This document shows positions 12,864-25,711 of a stretch of DNA of 64,000 nt, piece after piece; within the stretch, counting starts at the first letter, position 1, and each line of letters begins with the position of its first letter. This DNA comes from the human T2T-CHM13v2.0 reference genome, Homo sapiens. A model generated the notes under the pieces. That model made no database searches. It had not been told where the DNA came from and saw only the letters and a list, made by a program, of their open reading frames with translations. The position numbers were made by a program, and so were the translations under genes. The stretch lies in the NCBI RefSeq assembly GCF_009914755.1, contig NC_060929.1; one strand, written 5' to 3'.

Positions 12864-14074
12864 AAGAAGAAAGTTCTTCACCAGTCTTTTGTGGATTGTG
12901 GTTTTGGTGGCAGGTGCTTTTCCAAAACTTTGCAGTGCTATTCAGATCTGTCCTGCGTGTGTGCCACCTGGTGTCCTGTCTGACACCTGGGTGGTGACTT
13001 ACCCCTTTGGTTCAGCTCTCAAAGTCATTTCTTGGCTAGTTAGGAGCAGATCCATTGCATGCACGGCTTGACAATGAGCCCAAGAGTTCATCAGCAATTT
13101 TATGGGATTGATTTTCCACACTTCTTTCTCTGTGTGATTTCTTCAGTACTTTCCAGTTTCCTGGGGATCTCCTTTTTTGTATTCCCCCAAGAAAGCTGGG
13201 TTTTATTGACCCTGCTCTGTTGTTCACTCCCACAACTGCGTCCGCATTCAGGGCCAAGTGCTTGGAGGACAGAGAGAAAAGGCCAATGGGGATTTGCCCC
13301 ACCTTTTGGTACTATTGCTCCTCTGATTAGAGAAGAACATTCCCCTCCCTAACAGTTTTAGGTGTCTGGGGCCCCCTTTGCCACCATGGTCTACCAGGAC
13401 ACCTGTTTACAGTTCCTGAAACTTGGAACACTGCACTGATGCCCACTTCTCCTCTCTCCACCCCTTCACTCTTTCCACCCCACTAAGGCCAGGCAAGGTT
13501 ATTCTGGAGTTTAAACAAAATGGTAAGCTCTCCACTGGTTTGGTGGTGCTTCGAGAGCTGATCCTCCTCCCCAGTCCTTTTCTGTTTTTCAGAGTTCCTA
13601 AGTTGCATTCTGTTCAAGTTTTATAACTATATTCAGTGGGGGAGAGCCAGAGGGGTCTTGCTTATGTCATTTTCCCTAGAACTGGAACCCCACTACCCAG
13701 AAATCAACACTGCCAATATTTTGGAGTCTTTTTGTCCAGTGTATATTCTGGACACACACACTCACTGTTGAAATCACACCCTATGTACAGTTTAGTCATT
13801 TACTTCTTTCAATATCATTGTGAGAAGTTTCCAAAATATTATTAAAATATGAATAAAATATTTTAAATCTGATTTCAATGTGTAATATATTTGTCATTGA
13901 AATGTTAGAAAAGGAGAAAATCATAAACAATAAAACAAATATGTAGTCCACCACTCGGAAATAACTCTTAACATTTTGATGTATACCCTTCCAGGCTTCT
14001 AAACACTTTACATGTTTAAATAACTGTGCATACTACTCTGAAAGTTGCTGTTTTTTTTGAGCTTGATAAATTTA

Positions 14075-14117
14075 TTAGGTTGGTGCAAAAGTAATTGCAG
14101 TTTTTGCACCAACCTAA
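14075..14117. mobile_element. Internally deleted MADE1 (Hsmar1 MITE)
   Basis: TTAGGTTGGTGCAAAA...TTTTGCACCAACCTAA TIRs with TA TSDs; 43 bp instead of ~80. Confidence 0.92.
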
Positions 14118-14184
14118 TATTTTCCATACTTTTGAATAATCTACAAGGCTGCACTATATTCTATTATATACATGTATTAGAATA

Positions 14185-14612
14185 CATTTGACTCTTGAAC
14201 AACACAGGTTCGAAATACATGGATCCACTTTTATGTGGATTTTCTTCTGCCTCTGCCACCCCTGGGACCAACCTCATCATTTCTTCCTGCTCAGCTTACT
14301 CAATGTGAAGACAATGAGGATGAAGACCTTTGTAGTGATCAACTTTCACTTAATGAATAGCAAATATATTTTCTCTTCCTATGACTTTCTTAATCACATT
14401 TTCTTTTCTCTAGCCTATCTTGTTGTAAGAATACAGAATATAATACATACGACATGCAAAATATGTGTTAATTTACTATGTTATTGGTGAGGCTTCTGGC
14501 CAACAGGAGGCTATTAGTGGTTATGTTTGGGGGGGAGTCAAAATTATACATAGATTTTTGACTGTGCGGAGGGTTGGTGCCCCTTACCCCCATGTTGTTC
14601 AAGGGTCAACTG
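14185..14612 (+). mobile_element. Tigger2a (MER28) DNA transposon
   Basis: TIRs CA(T)TTGACTCTTGAACAAC / GTTGTTCAAGGGTCAACTG; TA TSDs. Confidence 0.9.
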
Positions 14613-14960
14613 TATATTTAAATAACCAGAAATTGTACATTTAAGTTGCTTATAGTTTTTCCTTTTAGAAGGAAGAATTTAATTTTAGCATTTATAGAAG
14701 TGACTCTTTTTGTGCATCCCTACTTTTATTCTTAGGATAAATCCTAACATATAATTGCTGGGACAAAGACATCGTATACTTATCGCCAAATCATCCTTGA
14801 AAAAGATTGCACCTATTTAGAATATTAACATATCCCTGCACTTATGCCAATTATTATTCTGGAGTCTTTTGTCCAGTATACATTCTTTTAAAATATATTC
14901 TAATCTAAGAGATTAATATAGGCCATTTTAAAATTCCACTTAGTTACTGTTTTGTGTATA

Positions 14961-15629
14961 TAGTAGTCCCCACTTATCTGCAGGAAATATGGTCCAAGAT
15001 CCCCAGTGGATGCCTGAAATCTTGGACAGTACTGAATTTCCATTTTAGCTAAGCACTTACCACACATGGTGGCTATAACTTTTACAGTTTGAAGTTCGAC
15101 AGTGAAACTTACACAAATTTCTTTTTCCTTCTTCACAATCTCACTAATAGACTTTTTTTTTTACTGTAGATCTTAGCAATTTCAGCATGCAGTTTTTATT
15201 TTTCCTTATTAAGTCAAGAAACTTCACCCCTTTACTTAAAGGAAACACTTTATGCCTCTCTTTAGCATATCCAAACTTCCACCATCACTACGATTGGAGT
15301 TTGGGCCATTACGAGGTAAAATAAGGGTTTCTTGAACACAAGCACTGTGATACGTCAGCAGTCGATCTGATAACCTAGCCAGCTACTAAAAGACTCATGG
15401 ATGGGTAGTGTAGACAGTGTGGAGATGCTGAACTAAGGGATGATTCATGTCCCAGGCAGGACAAAGTGGGACACTGAGAGATTCCATCGTGCTGTTCAGA
15501 ATGATATGCAACTTAAAAGTTACTAGTTGTGTATTTCTGGAATTTTCCGTGTAATATTTTTTGGACTGAGGTTGACCATGGGTAACCAAAACTGCAGAAA
15601 GTGAAACTCCTGGTAAGGGGGGACTACTA
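14961..15629 (-). mobile_element. MER44/Tigger7 derivative with transposase N-terminal remnant
   Basis: TIRs tagtagtccccacttatc / gtaaggggggactacta; ORF 14900-15136 (KKEKEICVSFTVELQTVKVIATMCGKCLAKME) resembles the Tigger7 transposase N-terminus. Confidence 0.85.
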
Positions 15630-16322
15630 TGGAAAATTATTTTTTGATTGAATAATATTTCACAATGTGGATGGAGCATTTTGTTATTATTGGAATTTTT
15701 TGTGCCATTTTACATAATTCTGTCATGAATGTATGACTTTATCACTATCAATCAGTCATCAATCATCTATCTGGCATACCTTTTTCCACAATCTAATTTT
15801 TTAAATACTTAATGAGACAGTTTATATAAAGCAAAAAAACCCAGGCAGAACTAAACTATGCCATTGGTAATCAGAATAGTAGTTACTCTGAGGGGTTAAT
15901 GACTAGAAGGAAGAGAAGGAGGGGTTAATGACTAGAAGTGAGCAGGCAGCTTGCTTGCAGGGGCTGGTAGCATTCTATTATTTATTTATTTATTCCTTTT
16001 TTACAATTATACTTTAAGTTCTGGGATACATGCACAGAACGTGCAGGTTTGTTACATAGGTATACACGTGCCATGACAGTTTGCTGCACACATCAACCCA
16101 TCATCTACATTAGGTATAAACTCCTAATGCTATGCCTCCCCTAGCCATACACCTCCTGACAGGCCCTGGTGTGTGATGTTCTCTTCCCTGTGTCCATGTG
16201 TTCTCATTGTTCAACTCCCACTTATAAGTGAGAACATGCGGTGTTTGGTTTTCTGTTCTTGTGTTAGTTTGCTGAGAAGAATGGTTTCCAGCTTCATCCA
16301 TGTCCCTGCAAATGACATGAAC

Positions 16323-19300
16323 TCATCTTTTTTTTATGGCTGCATAGTATTCCATGGTGTATATGTGCCACATTTTCTTTATCCAGTCTATCATTGATGG
16401 GGATTTGGGTTGGTTCCAAGTCTTTGCTATTGTGAAGAGTGCTGCAATAAACATATATGTGCATGTGTCTTTATAGTAGCATGATTTATAATCCTTTGGG
16501 TATATACCCAGTAATGGGATTGCTGGGTCAAATGATATTTCTAGTTCTAGATCCTTGAGGGATTGCCACGCTGTCTTCCACAATGGTTGAACTAAGTCAC
16601 AGTCCCACCAACAGTGTAAAAGCATTCCTATTTCTCCACATCCTCTCCAGCATCTGCTGTTTCCTGACTTTTTAATGATTGCCATTCTTCCACAATGGTT
16701 GAACTAATTCACAGTCCCGCCAACAGTGTAAAAGCATTCCTATTTCTCCACATCCTCTCCAGCATCTGTTGTTTCCTGACTTTTTAATGATTGCCATTCT
16801 AACTGGTGTGAGATGGTATCTCACTGTGGTTTTGATTTGCGTTTCTCTGACCAGTGATGACCAGTGATGATGAGCATTTTTTCATGTGTCTGTTGGCTGC
16901 ATAGATGTCTTCTTTTGAGAAGTGTCTGTTCATATCCTTTGCCCACTTTTTGATGGGGTTGTTTGTTTTTTTCTTGTAGATTTGTTTAAGTTCCTTGTAG
17001 ATTCTGGATATTAGCCCTTTGTGAGATGGATAGATTGCAAATATTTTCTCCCATTCTGTAGGTTGCCTGTTCACTCAGATGATAGTTTCTTTTGCTGTGT
17101 AGAAGCTCTTTAGTTTAATTAGATCCCATTTGTCTATTTTGGCTTTTGTTGCCATGATGTTTTAGTCATGAAGTCTTTTCCCATGCCTATGTCCTGAATG
17201 GTATTGTCTAGGTTTTCTTCTAGGGTTTTTATGGTTTTAGGTCTTATGTTTAAGTCTTTAATCCATCTTGAGTTAATTTTTGTATAAGGTATAAGGAAGG
17301 GGTCAAGTTTCAGTTTTCTGCATATGGCTAGCCAGTTTTCCCAACACCATTTATTAAACAGGGAATCCATTCCCCATTGCTTGTTTTTGTCCAGTTTGTC
17401 AAAGATCAGGTAGTTGTAGGTGTGTGGTGTTATTTCTGAGGCCTCTGTTCTGTTCCATTGGTCTATATATCTGTTTTGGTACCAGTACCAGGCTGTTTTG
17501 GTTACTGTAGCCTTGTAGTACAGTTTGAAGTCAGGTAGCATGATGCCTCCAGCTTTGTTCTTTTTGCTTAGGATTGTCTTGGCTATACAGGTTCTTTTTT
17601 GGTTCCATATGAAATTTAAGCAGTTTTTCTAATTCTGTGAAGAAAGTCAGTGGTTGCTTGATGGGGATAGCATTGAATCTATAAATTACCTTGGGCAGTA
17701 TGGACATTTTCTGGATATTGATTCTTCCTATCCATGAGCATGGAATGTTTTTCCATTTGTTTGTGTCCTCTCTTATTTCCTTGAGCAGTGGTTTGTAGTT
17801 CTCCTTGAAGAGGTCTTTCACATCCCTTGTGAGTTGTATTCCTAGGTATTTTATTCTCTTTGTAGCAATTGTGAATGGGAGTTCACTCATGATTTGGCTC
17901 TCTATTATTGGTGTATAGGAATTCTTGTCATTTTTGCACATTGATTTTGTATTCTGAGACTTTGCTCAAGTTGCTTATCAGCTTAAGGAGATTTTGGGCC
18001 GAAACAATGGGGTTTTCTAAATATACAATCATGTCATCTGTAAACAGAGACAATTTGACTTCCTCTCTTCCTATTTGAATACGCTTTATTTCTTTCTCTT
18101 GCCTGATTGCCCTGGCCAGAACTTCCAACACTATGTTGAATAGGAGTGGTGAGAGAGGGCATCCTTGTCTTATGCCAGTTTTCAAAGGGAATGCTTCCGG
18201 TTTTTGCCTATTCAGTATGATATTGGCTGTGGGTTTGTCATAAATAGCTCTTATTATTTTGAGATATGTTCCATCAATACCTAGTTTATTGAGAGTTTTT
18301 ACCATGAAGGGGTGTTGAATTTTATTGAAGGCCTTTTCTGCATCTATCAAGATAATCATGTGGTTGTTGTCATTGGTTCTTTTATATGATGCTTATATGA
18401 TGTATTATGTTTATTGTTTTGCATATGTTGAGCCAGCCTTGCATCCCAGGGATGAAGCTGACTTGATCGTGGTGGATGATAAGCTTTTTGATGTGCTGCT
18501 GGATTCAGTTTGCCACTATTGAGGATTTTCCCATCGATGTTTATCAGGGATATTGGCCTGAAATTTTCTTTTTTTTGTTGTGTCTCTGCCAGGTTTTGGT
18601 ATCAGGATGATGTTGGCCTCATAAAATGAGTTAGGGAGGAGTCCCTCTTTTCTATTGTTTGGAATGGTTTCAGAAGGAATGGTAACAGCTTCTCTTTGTA
18701 CCTCTGGTAGAATTTGGCTGTGAATCTGTCTGGTCCTGGGCTTTTTTTGGTTGATAGGCTATTAATTACTGCCTCAATTTCAGAACTTGTTATTGGTCTA
18801 TTCAGGAATTTGACTTCTTCCTGGTTTAGTCTTGGGAGGGTGTATGTCACTAGGAATTTATCTATTTCTTCTAGATTTTCTAGTTTATTTGTGTAGAGGT
18901 ATTTATAGTATTCTCTGATGGTAGTTTGTATTTCTGTGGGATCAGTGGTGATATCCCCTTTATCATTTTTTGTTGTGTCTATTTGATTCTTCTCTAATTT
19001 TTTCTTAATAGTCTGGCTAGTGGTCTATCTATCTTGTTAATCTTTTCAAAAAACCATCCCCTGGATTCATTGATTTTTTGAAGTGTTTTTCATGTCTGTG
19101 TCTCCTTCAGTTCTGCTCTGAGCTTAGTTATTTCTTGTCTTCTGCTAGCATTTGAATTTGTTTGCTCTTGCTTCTCTAGTTCTTTTAATTGTGATGTTAG
19201 GGTGTTGATTTTAGATCTTTCCCACTTTCTCCTGTGGTCATTTAGTGCTATAAGTTTCCCTCTAAACACTGCTTTAGTTGTGTACCAGAGATTCTGGTAC

Positions 19301-20151
19301 ATTGTGTCTTTGTTCTCATTGGTTTCAAATAACTTATTTATTTCTGCCTTCATTTCGTTATGTACCCAGTAGTCATTCAGGAGCAGTTTGTTCAATTTCC
19401 ATGTAGTTGTGCGGTTTTGAGTGAGTTTCTTAATCCTGAGTTTTAATTTGATTGCACTGTGGTCTGAGAGATTGCTTGTTATGATTTCCATTCTTCTGCA
19501 TTTGCTGAGGAGTGTTTTACTTCCAATTATGTGGTCAATTTTAGAATAAGTGCGATGTGGTGCTGAGAAGAATGTATATTCTGTTGATTTGGGGTGAAGA
19601 GTTCTATAGCTCTCTATTAGGTCCTCTTGTTCCAGAGCTGACTTCAAGTCCTGAATATCCTTGTTAATTTTCTCTCTCGTTGATCTGTCTAATATTGACA
19701 ATGGGGTGTTAAAGTCTCCCACTATTATTGTGTGGGAGTCTAAGTCTCTTTGTAGGTCTCTAAGAACTTGCTTTATGAATCTGGGTGCTCCTGTATTGGG
19801 TGCATATATATTTAGGATAGTTAGCTCTTCTTGTTGCATTGATCCCTTTACCATTATGTGATGGTGTTCTTTGTCTCTTTTGATCTTTGTTGGTTTAAAG
19901 TCTGTTTTATCAGAGACAAGGATTGCAACCCCTGCTTTTTTTTGCTTTCCATTTTCTTGGTAAATATTCCTCCATCCCTTTATTTTGAGCCTATGTGTGT
20001 CTTTGCACTTGAGATGGGTCTCCTGAATACAGCACACTGATGGGTCTTGACTCTTTATCCAATTTGCCAGTCTGTGTCTTTTAATTGGGGCATTTAGCCT
20101 GTTTACATTTAAGGTTAATATTGTTATGTGTGAATTTGATCCTGTCATCAT
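16323..20151 (-). pseudogene. L1 ORF2 (EN/RT) remnant, multiply frameshifted
   Basis: ORF track fragments: EN domain in the 353-aa ORF (19090-20151), RT pieces (FTDD motif), C-terminal HCWWDC piece. Confidence 0.93.
16574..16800. repeat. 112-bp tandem duplication within L1PA7 ORF2
   Basis: Units start at 16574 and 16686; 3 mismatches; TCT microhomology. Confidence 0.95.
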
Positions 20152-20210
20152 GATACTAGTTGGTTATTTTGCCCGTTAGTTGATGCAGTTTCTTATAGTG
20201 TTGATGGTCT

Positions 20211-21230
20211 TTACAATTTGGTATGTTTTTGCAGTGGCTGGTACTGGTTTTTCTTTTCCATATTTAGTGCTTCCTTCAGGAACTCTTGTAAGACAGGCCT
20301 GGTGGTGACAAAATCTCTCAGCATTTGTTTGTCTGTAAATAATTTTATTTCTCCTTTGCTTATGAAGCTCAGTTTGGCTGGATATGAAATTCTGGGTTGA
20401 AAATTCTTTTCTTTAAAAATGTTGAGTATTGGCCTCCATGCTTTTCTGGCTTTTAGGGTTTCTGCTAAGAGATCTGCTCTTAGTCTGATGGGCTTCACTT
20501 TGTGGGTAACCCGACCTTTCTCTCTGGCTGCCCTTAACATTTTTTTCTTCATTTCAACCTTGGTGAATCTGATGATTATGTGTCTTGGTCTTCTTGAGGA
20601 GTGTCTTTGTGGTGTTCTCTGTATTTCCTGAATTTGAATGTTGGCTTGTCTTGCTAGATTGGGGAAGTTCTCCCCTGGACAATATCCTGAAGAGTATTTT
20701 CCAACTTGGTTCCATTCTCCCCATCATTTTCAGATACACCAATCAAATGTAGGTTTGGTCTTTTCACATAGTCCCATATTTCTTGGAGGTTTTGTTCTTT
20801 CCTTTTTATTATTGTTTCTCTAATCATGACTTCATGCATTATTTCATTAAGTTGATCTTCAATCTCTGATATCCTTTCTTCCGTTTGATTGATTTGGCTA
20901 TTGATACTTGTGCATGCTTCACGAAGTTCTCGTGCTGTGTTTTTCAGCTCCATCAGGTCATTTATGTTCTTCTCTAAACTAGTTATTCTAGTTAGCAATT
21001 CATCTCATCTTTTTTCAAGGTTCTTAGCTTCCTTGCATTGGGTTAGAACATGCTCCTTTAGCTCGGAGGAGTTTGTTATTATCCACCTTCTGAAGCCTAC
21101 TTCTGTCAACTTGTCAAACTCATTCTCCGTCCAGTTTTGTTCCCTTGCTGGCGAGGACTTGTGGTCCTTTGGAGGGGAAGAGGCATACTGATTTTGGAAT
21201 TTCCAGCCTTTTTGCACTGGTTTTTCTTCA
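20211..21230 (-). pseudogene. L1 ORF1 remnant, disrupted
   Basis: Fragments WTENEFDKL, EIWDYVKRPNL, LRAAREKG...YPAKLSF in different frames. Confidence 0.9.
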
Positions 21231-22761
21231 TCTTCGTGGATTTATTGACCTTTGGTCTGATGTTGGTGACCTTGGGATGGGGTTTTTGTGTGGACATCCT
21301 TTTGGTTAATGTTGATACTATTCCTTTTTGTTTGTTAGTTTTCCTTCTAACATTCAGGCCCCTTCAGGCCCCTCTGCTGTAGGTCTGCTCGAGTTTGCTG
21401 GAGGTCCACTCCAGACCCTGTTTGCCTGAGTATCACCAGCGGAGGCTGCAGAACAGAAAAGATTGCTGCCTTTTCTTTCTTCTGGAAGCTTCATCCCAGA
21501 GGGGCACTCACCAGATGTCAGCTGGAGCTCTCCTGTATGAGATGTCTGTCGATCTCTGCTGGGAGGTGTCTCCCCATGAGGAGGCACATGGGTCAGGTAC
21601 CTACTTGAGGAGGCAGTCTGTCCCTTAGCATAGCTCGAATGCTGTACTGGGAGATCTGCTGCTGTCTTCAGAGCCAGCAGGCAGGAACGTTTAAGTCTGC
21701 TAAAGCTGCGCCCACAGTCCCTGACTGGGGCTGCTGTGTTTCTTTCAGAAATGCCCTGCCCAGAGAGGAAGAATCTAGAGATGCAGTCTGGCTACAGCAG
21801 CTTTGCCGAGCTGCAGTGGGCTCCGCCCAGTCTGAACTTCTCAGTGGCTTTGCTTACACTGTGAGGGGAAAACCGCCTACTGAAGCCTCAGTAATGCCCT
21901 TCCCCCCACCAAGCTCAAGTGTCCCAGGTTGACTTCAGACTGCTGTGCTGGCAGTGAGAATTTCAAGCCAGTAGATCATAGCTTGCTGGGCTGCATGGGG
22001 GTGGGATCCTCTGAGCAAGATCACTTGGCTCCCTGGCTTCAGCACCCCCTTTCCAGGGGAGAGAACGGCTCTGTCTCACTGGTGTTCCAGGTGCTACTGG
22101 GGTATGAAAAAAACTCTGGCAGCTAGCTGGGTGTCTGCCCAAATGGCCACCCAGTTTTGTGCTTGAAACCCAGGGCCCTGGTGGTATAGGCACCCAAGGG
22201 AATCTCCTGGTCAGTGGGTTGTGAAGACCATGGGAAAAGCATAGTATCTGGGCCAGAATGCACAGTCCAAGCATAGTATCTGGGCTGGAATGCACAGTCC
22301 CTCATGGCACAGTCCCTCAGGGCTTCCCTTGGCTAGGGGAGGGAGTTCCCTGACCCCTTGTGCTTCCTGGGTGAGGCGATGCCCCACCCTGCTTTGGCTC
22401 GCTGTCCGTGGGCTGCACCCACTGTCTAACCCGTCCCAATGAGATGAACTGGGTACCTCAATTGGAAATGCAGAAATCACCTCCCTGCTGCACTGATCTT
22501 GCTGGGAGCTGTGGACTGAAGCTATTCCTATTTGGCCATTTTGCCAGCCAACCCCCACAATCTAATTATTTATTTATTATAAATGTAAAGAATGAATTTA
22601 CTGGATCAAAGATTATTAACTTTTTTCTTTTTGCAGACATATATATGTGTATATATATGTATATATAAATGTATGATTTTTTCCTCATTATTAAAGCAGT
22701 GCTTGTTCATTACAGAACATTTAGAAAATAAAGATACATATAAAGGAGAAGAATATCCCCC

Positions 22762-23130
22762 TGTGGCAGAGAAGGCTCACTTTACTGTTCACCAAACGTC
22801 TTGTTCCTTTTTCCATAATTAGTCTGGGGATAGATTTTGCAGTCCCTACCTCTCACCCACTGCATCTACATGTGACCAATGATGTGTAAACAGGTCACTT
22901 TCAAGCCAAGACTTTGAAGTTACTAGTGTACTTTCCTCAAGATGTTTTTCTGTCTGCTGGAAGGAAGCAGTTGATAATTAGGCTCTAGGGGATGTGAGGA
23001 ACCAGGAGATGGAAGGAGTCTGGATCCCTTAATCACTGCATGGACGAGTGCCCCCTGCTGACTAGGACCGCTGGGTTTCACTGTCACATAAAACTGTTGG
23101 GTTGTCACTGGTATCTGGTGATTAATCTTT
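22762..23130 (+). mobile_element. MLT1I/J-like LTR
   Basis: tgtggcaga start; catgtgaccaatg...gtcactttc; gatggaaggagtctggatccct motifs. Confidence 0.55.
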
Positions 23131-23744
23131 TAGAAAGAATCATTGTTAACATTTTGGCGTATTTTTTCTCAGTTTTTTCCTGTGCACTTTTTTCTCTTTA
23201 GATCGTGGAATAAAATTCTTTAAGGCTATTAATATGTATTACCAAAATGCTTTTCAAAAATGCTGCTTTAATTTATACTCAAGCAATACTATATGCGAGA
23301 ATGGCTTGGTCAGCATTGCTTGTTTATAGTTGCTGCATTCTTACAAATATTCTTATAACAGCCTACTTACAAAACCCCTCTAAAATATGTGACAATCTTC
23401 TAGATACCTTATTTCTCTTATCAAACTGTAAAGTTTTTGAGATTCGATGTTTGAATGTCCTTCACTATCATAATAGCTTAATCCATATTTGTTAAATGAC
23501 TTTTAAGCCCAATGTTCAGAATGTTTACCGAAATCTATCTGAACATTGACATAATATAGTCCAGCAAACATTGTGGGCTAATTAGTGTATTTTCAGAACC
23601 AATATTTTTTTTTGTCATCCTTTCGAGTTGACATTTAAAGGCTTGCCATGGGTTACATCATTTTAGAGTCAGAGCATTACGCAGTGCTCTGAGCTCATCT
23701 GGCTTCCCAGCCTCCAGGGTCACCTCTGCTCTATCCTGTTCCCA

Positions 23745-24880
23745 TTCATTGTTCACTTAATTATTCAACAAATATTTTTTCAGCACCTGATATGTGTCAT
23801 CACCTAGGTTATGGCTGTGAACAAAACAAAGATTCCTTTCTCCATGGAGCTTACATTTTAGAGGGGGAGATGGATATTAAATAATAAACACAATAAGTAA
23901 ATTTAGATATTGTATTAGTCTGTTCTTGCTATAAAAGAATACCTAAGTTTGGGATAATTTATAAAAAACAGTGGTTTATTTTGGCTTACGGTTCTGCAGG
24001 CTCTACCGAAAGCATGGTGCTGGCATCTGCTCTTGATGAGGGCCTCAGGAAGCTTCCAATCATGGTGGAAGGTGAAGGGGAAGCAGGCACCACATGGCGA
24101 GAGTGGGAGCAAGAGTTGGGGGAGGTGTCACACTCTTTTAAACAACCAGATGTTGCATGAACTCAGAGGGAGAACTCAGCACCAAGCCATTCATGAAGGA
24201 TCCGTCCCCATGACCCAAACCCCTCCCACCAAGCCGCACTCCAACACTGGCGATTACTTTTCAGCTTGAGATTTGGAGGGGACAAACACCCAAACTATAT
24301 CAGACATGTTAGAAGATATGGAAGAAAAGAGGAAAAGCAGGGTAAGAGGGAGGTTGCAGTTTAAAATACAATTGTGTTAGGGTAAACCTCATCAAGACAG
24401 TGACATTTAGGCAAAGACTTGAAGGAGGTAAGGGATATCAAAGAGACAAATCATTCCAAACAAAGCAAACGGTGTGTGAAAAGCCTGAGGCAGGACTGGG
24501 TTGGTGTGTTCAGGGAGTGGCAGAGAGGAGGCACTGTGTCTGCCTCAGGGTGAGGGAGGGAGGTCAGGCCCAGGGTGTGAGGCAGTGGAGCACGGGAAGG
24601 GGCATTCTAGGGCTTTGGCTCTTGCTCTGAGTGAAATGGGAAGGAGAGGAGTGACATGACCTGATTTAAGTGACATGCTGAGTGCTGTGTTGAGATTAGG
24701 CTACAGACAGGCAAGAAGAAAAGCAGAGGCCCAAATGGAAGCCTATTTCAAAATCCAGAAGAGACAACCATGGCTTGGATCAGAATGGTAACAGTGTCTA
24801 CAGGGAAAGAAGCAGGAGTTTGGATGTATTTGGAATATAGAGTCCATAGGATTTCCCAATAGACTAGATATGGGGGTGGG
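23745..24880 (-). mobile_element. L2a, interrupted by MSTB
   Basis: attcaacaaatatt...cacctgatatgtg L2 3' end antisense; downstream L2a motifs. Confidence 0.7.
23911..24302 (-). mobile_element. MSTB-like MaLR solo LTR
   Basis: TGTATTAGTC...AAACTATATCA; 5-bp TSD GATAT/GACAT. Confidence 0.88.
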
Positions 24881-25258
24881 GGTGGTAAATGTCTCTACAG
24901 TATGGGTAGAGAGACCTTTCTGAAATGTAAGTCTAAATTGTAAATGGCTGAATACCTTGCAATAGCTCCCTTTCATTCACCATGAATAAATGTCAAACAA
25001 AACAAATAATTGACAATGTATAATGTAGCCCCATAATGTAGCCCACGACTGGTCTTCTCTCTCACTTTCTTGCATTTTAAACTGATAGGAACATATACTA
25101 CACTTGGTCTTAGCTAAAAGGCTGAGAAGTGGTGCCTTCTTGCATTTTCTACACCAGCCACAACCAACCACTGACTTCTCACTTTCCATCTCCACACCTT
25201 CTACAACGCAGCTCAGGCATTTTTGTTTCCCCCCTGGAAAGTCTTTCCCAACTTTTGG

Positions 25259-25711
25259 TGTATTAGTTTCCTGTGGCCACTATTACAAATGACCACAAAC
25301 TTGATGGCTTAAAACACAGGAATGAATTTGGTCACAGGACTGAAGGCCAGAGTCCAAAGTCAGAATGTAGTTCAGGCTGCACACCTTCAGAAGGTTCTGG
25401 AGGAGAATCCCTTTCTTGACTGTTTCAGCTGCTGGTGGCTGCCGGCATTCCTTGGTTTGTGGCTGCATCACTCTGATCTCTGCCTCTGTCTTCTCATGGC
25501 CGTTTCTACTGTGTGTCTGTATCAAATCTCCCTCTTTCTCTCTCATATAAGGACACTTATGATTGGATTTAGGGCCCATCAGGATAATCTCCTCATGCCA
25601 ATATCCTTAGCTTAATCACATCTGCAAAGACCCCTTTTCCTTATAAGGTAACATTTACAGGTTCCAGGGATTAGGACCTGATCTGTGGGTGGCCTGAGTC
25701 AGCTTGCTATA
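25259..25711 (-). mobile_element. MLT1C/D LTR
   Basis: tgtattagtttcct...cacaaacttgatggcttaaaa...atctgcaaagacccc. Confidence 0.8.

Larger units (their letters stand above)
10900..13690 (-). mobile_element. Old L1M ORF1 + 5'UTR region, interrupted by an AluJ and an inverted duplication
   Basis: ORF 11466-11696 translates to ORF1-like sequence (KQIFEEIIAENV...IIIKLLKTKDKENILKA); 5'UTR-like sequence at 12870-13690. Confidence 0.75.
15985..22557 (-). mobile_element. Full-length (~6.6 kb) L1PA7-like LINE-1, inactive
   Basis: 5'UTR with YY1 motif (ggccattttg, 22534-22543), ORF1 and ORF2 remnants, 3'UTR diagnostics (ctgggataca...atcatctacattagg), degraded TSD ca(t/a)tcta(a)ttattt. Confidence 0.93.
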
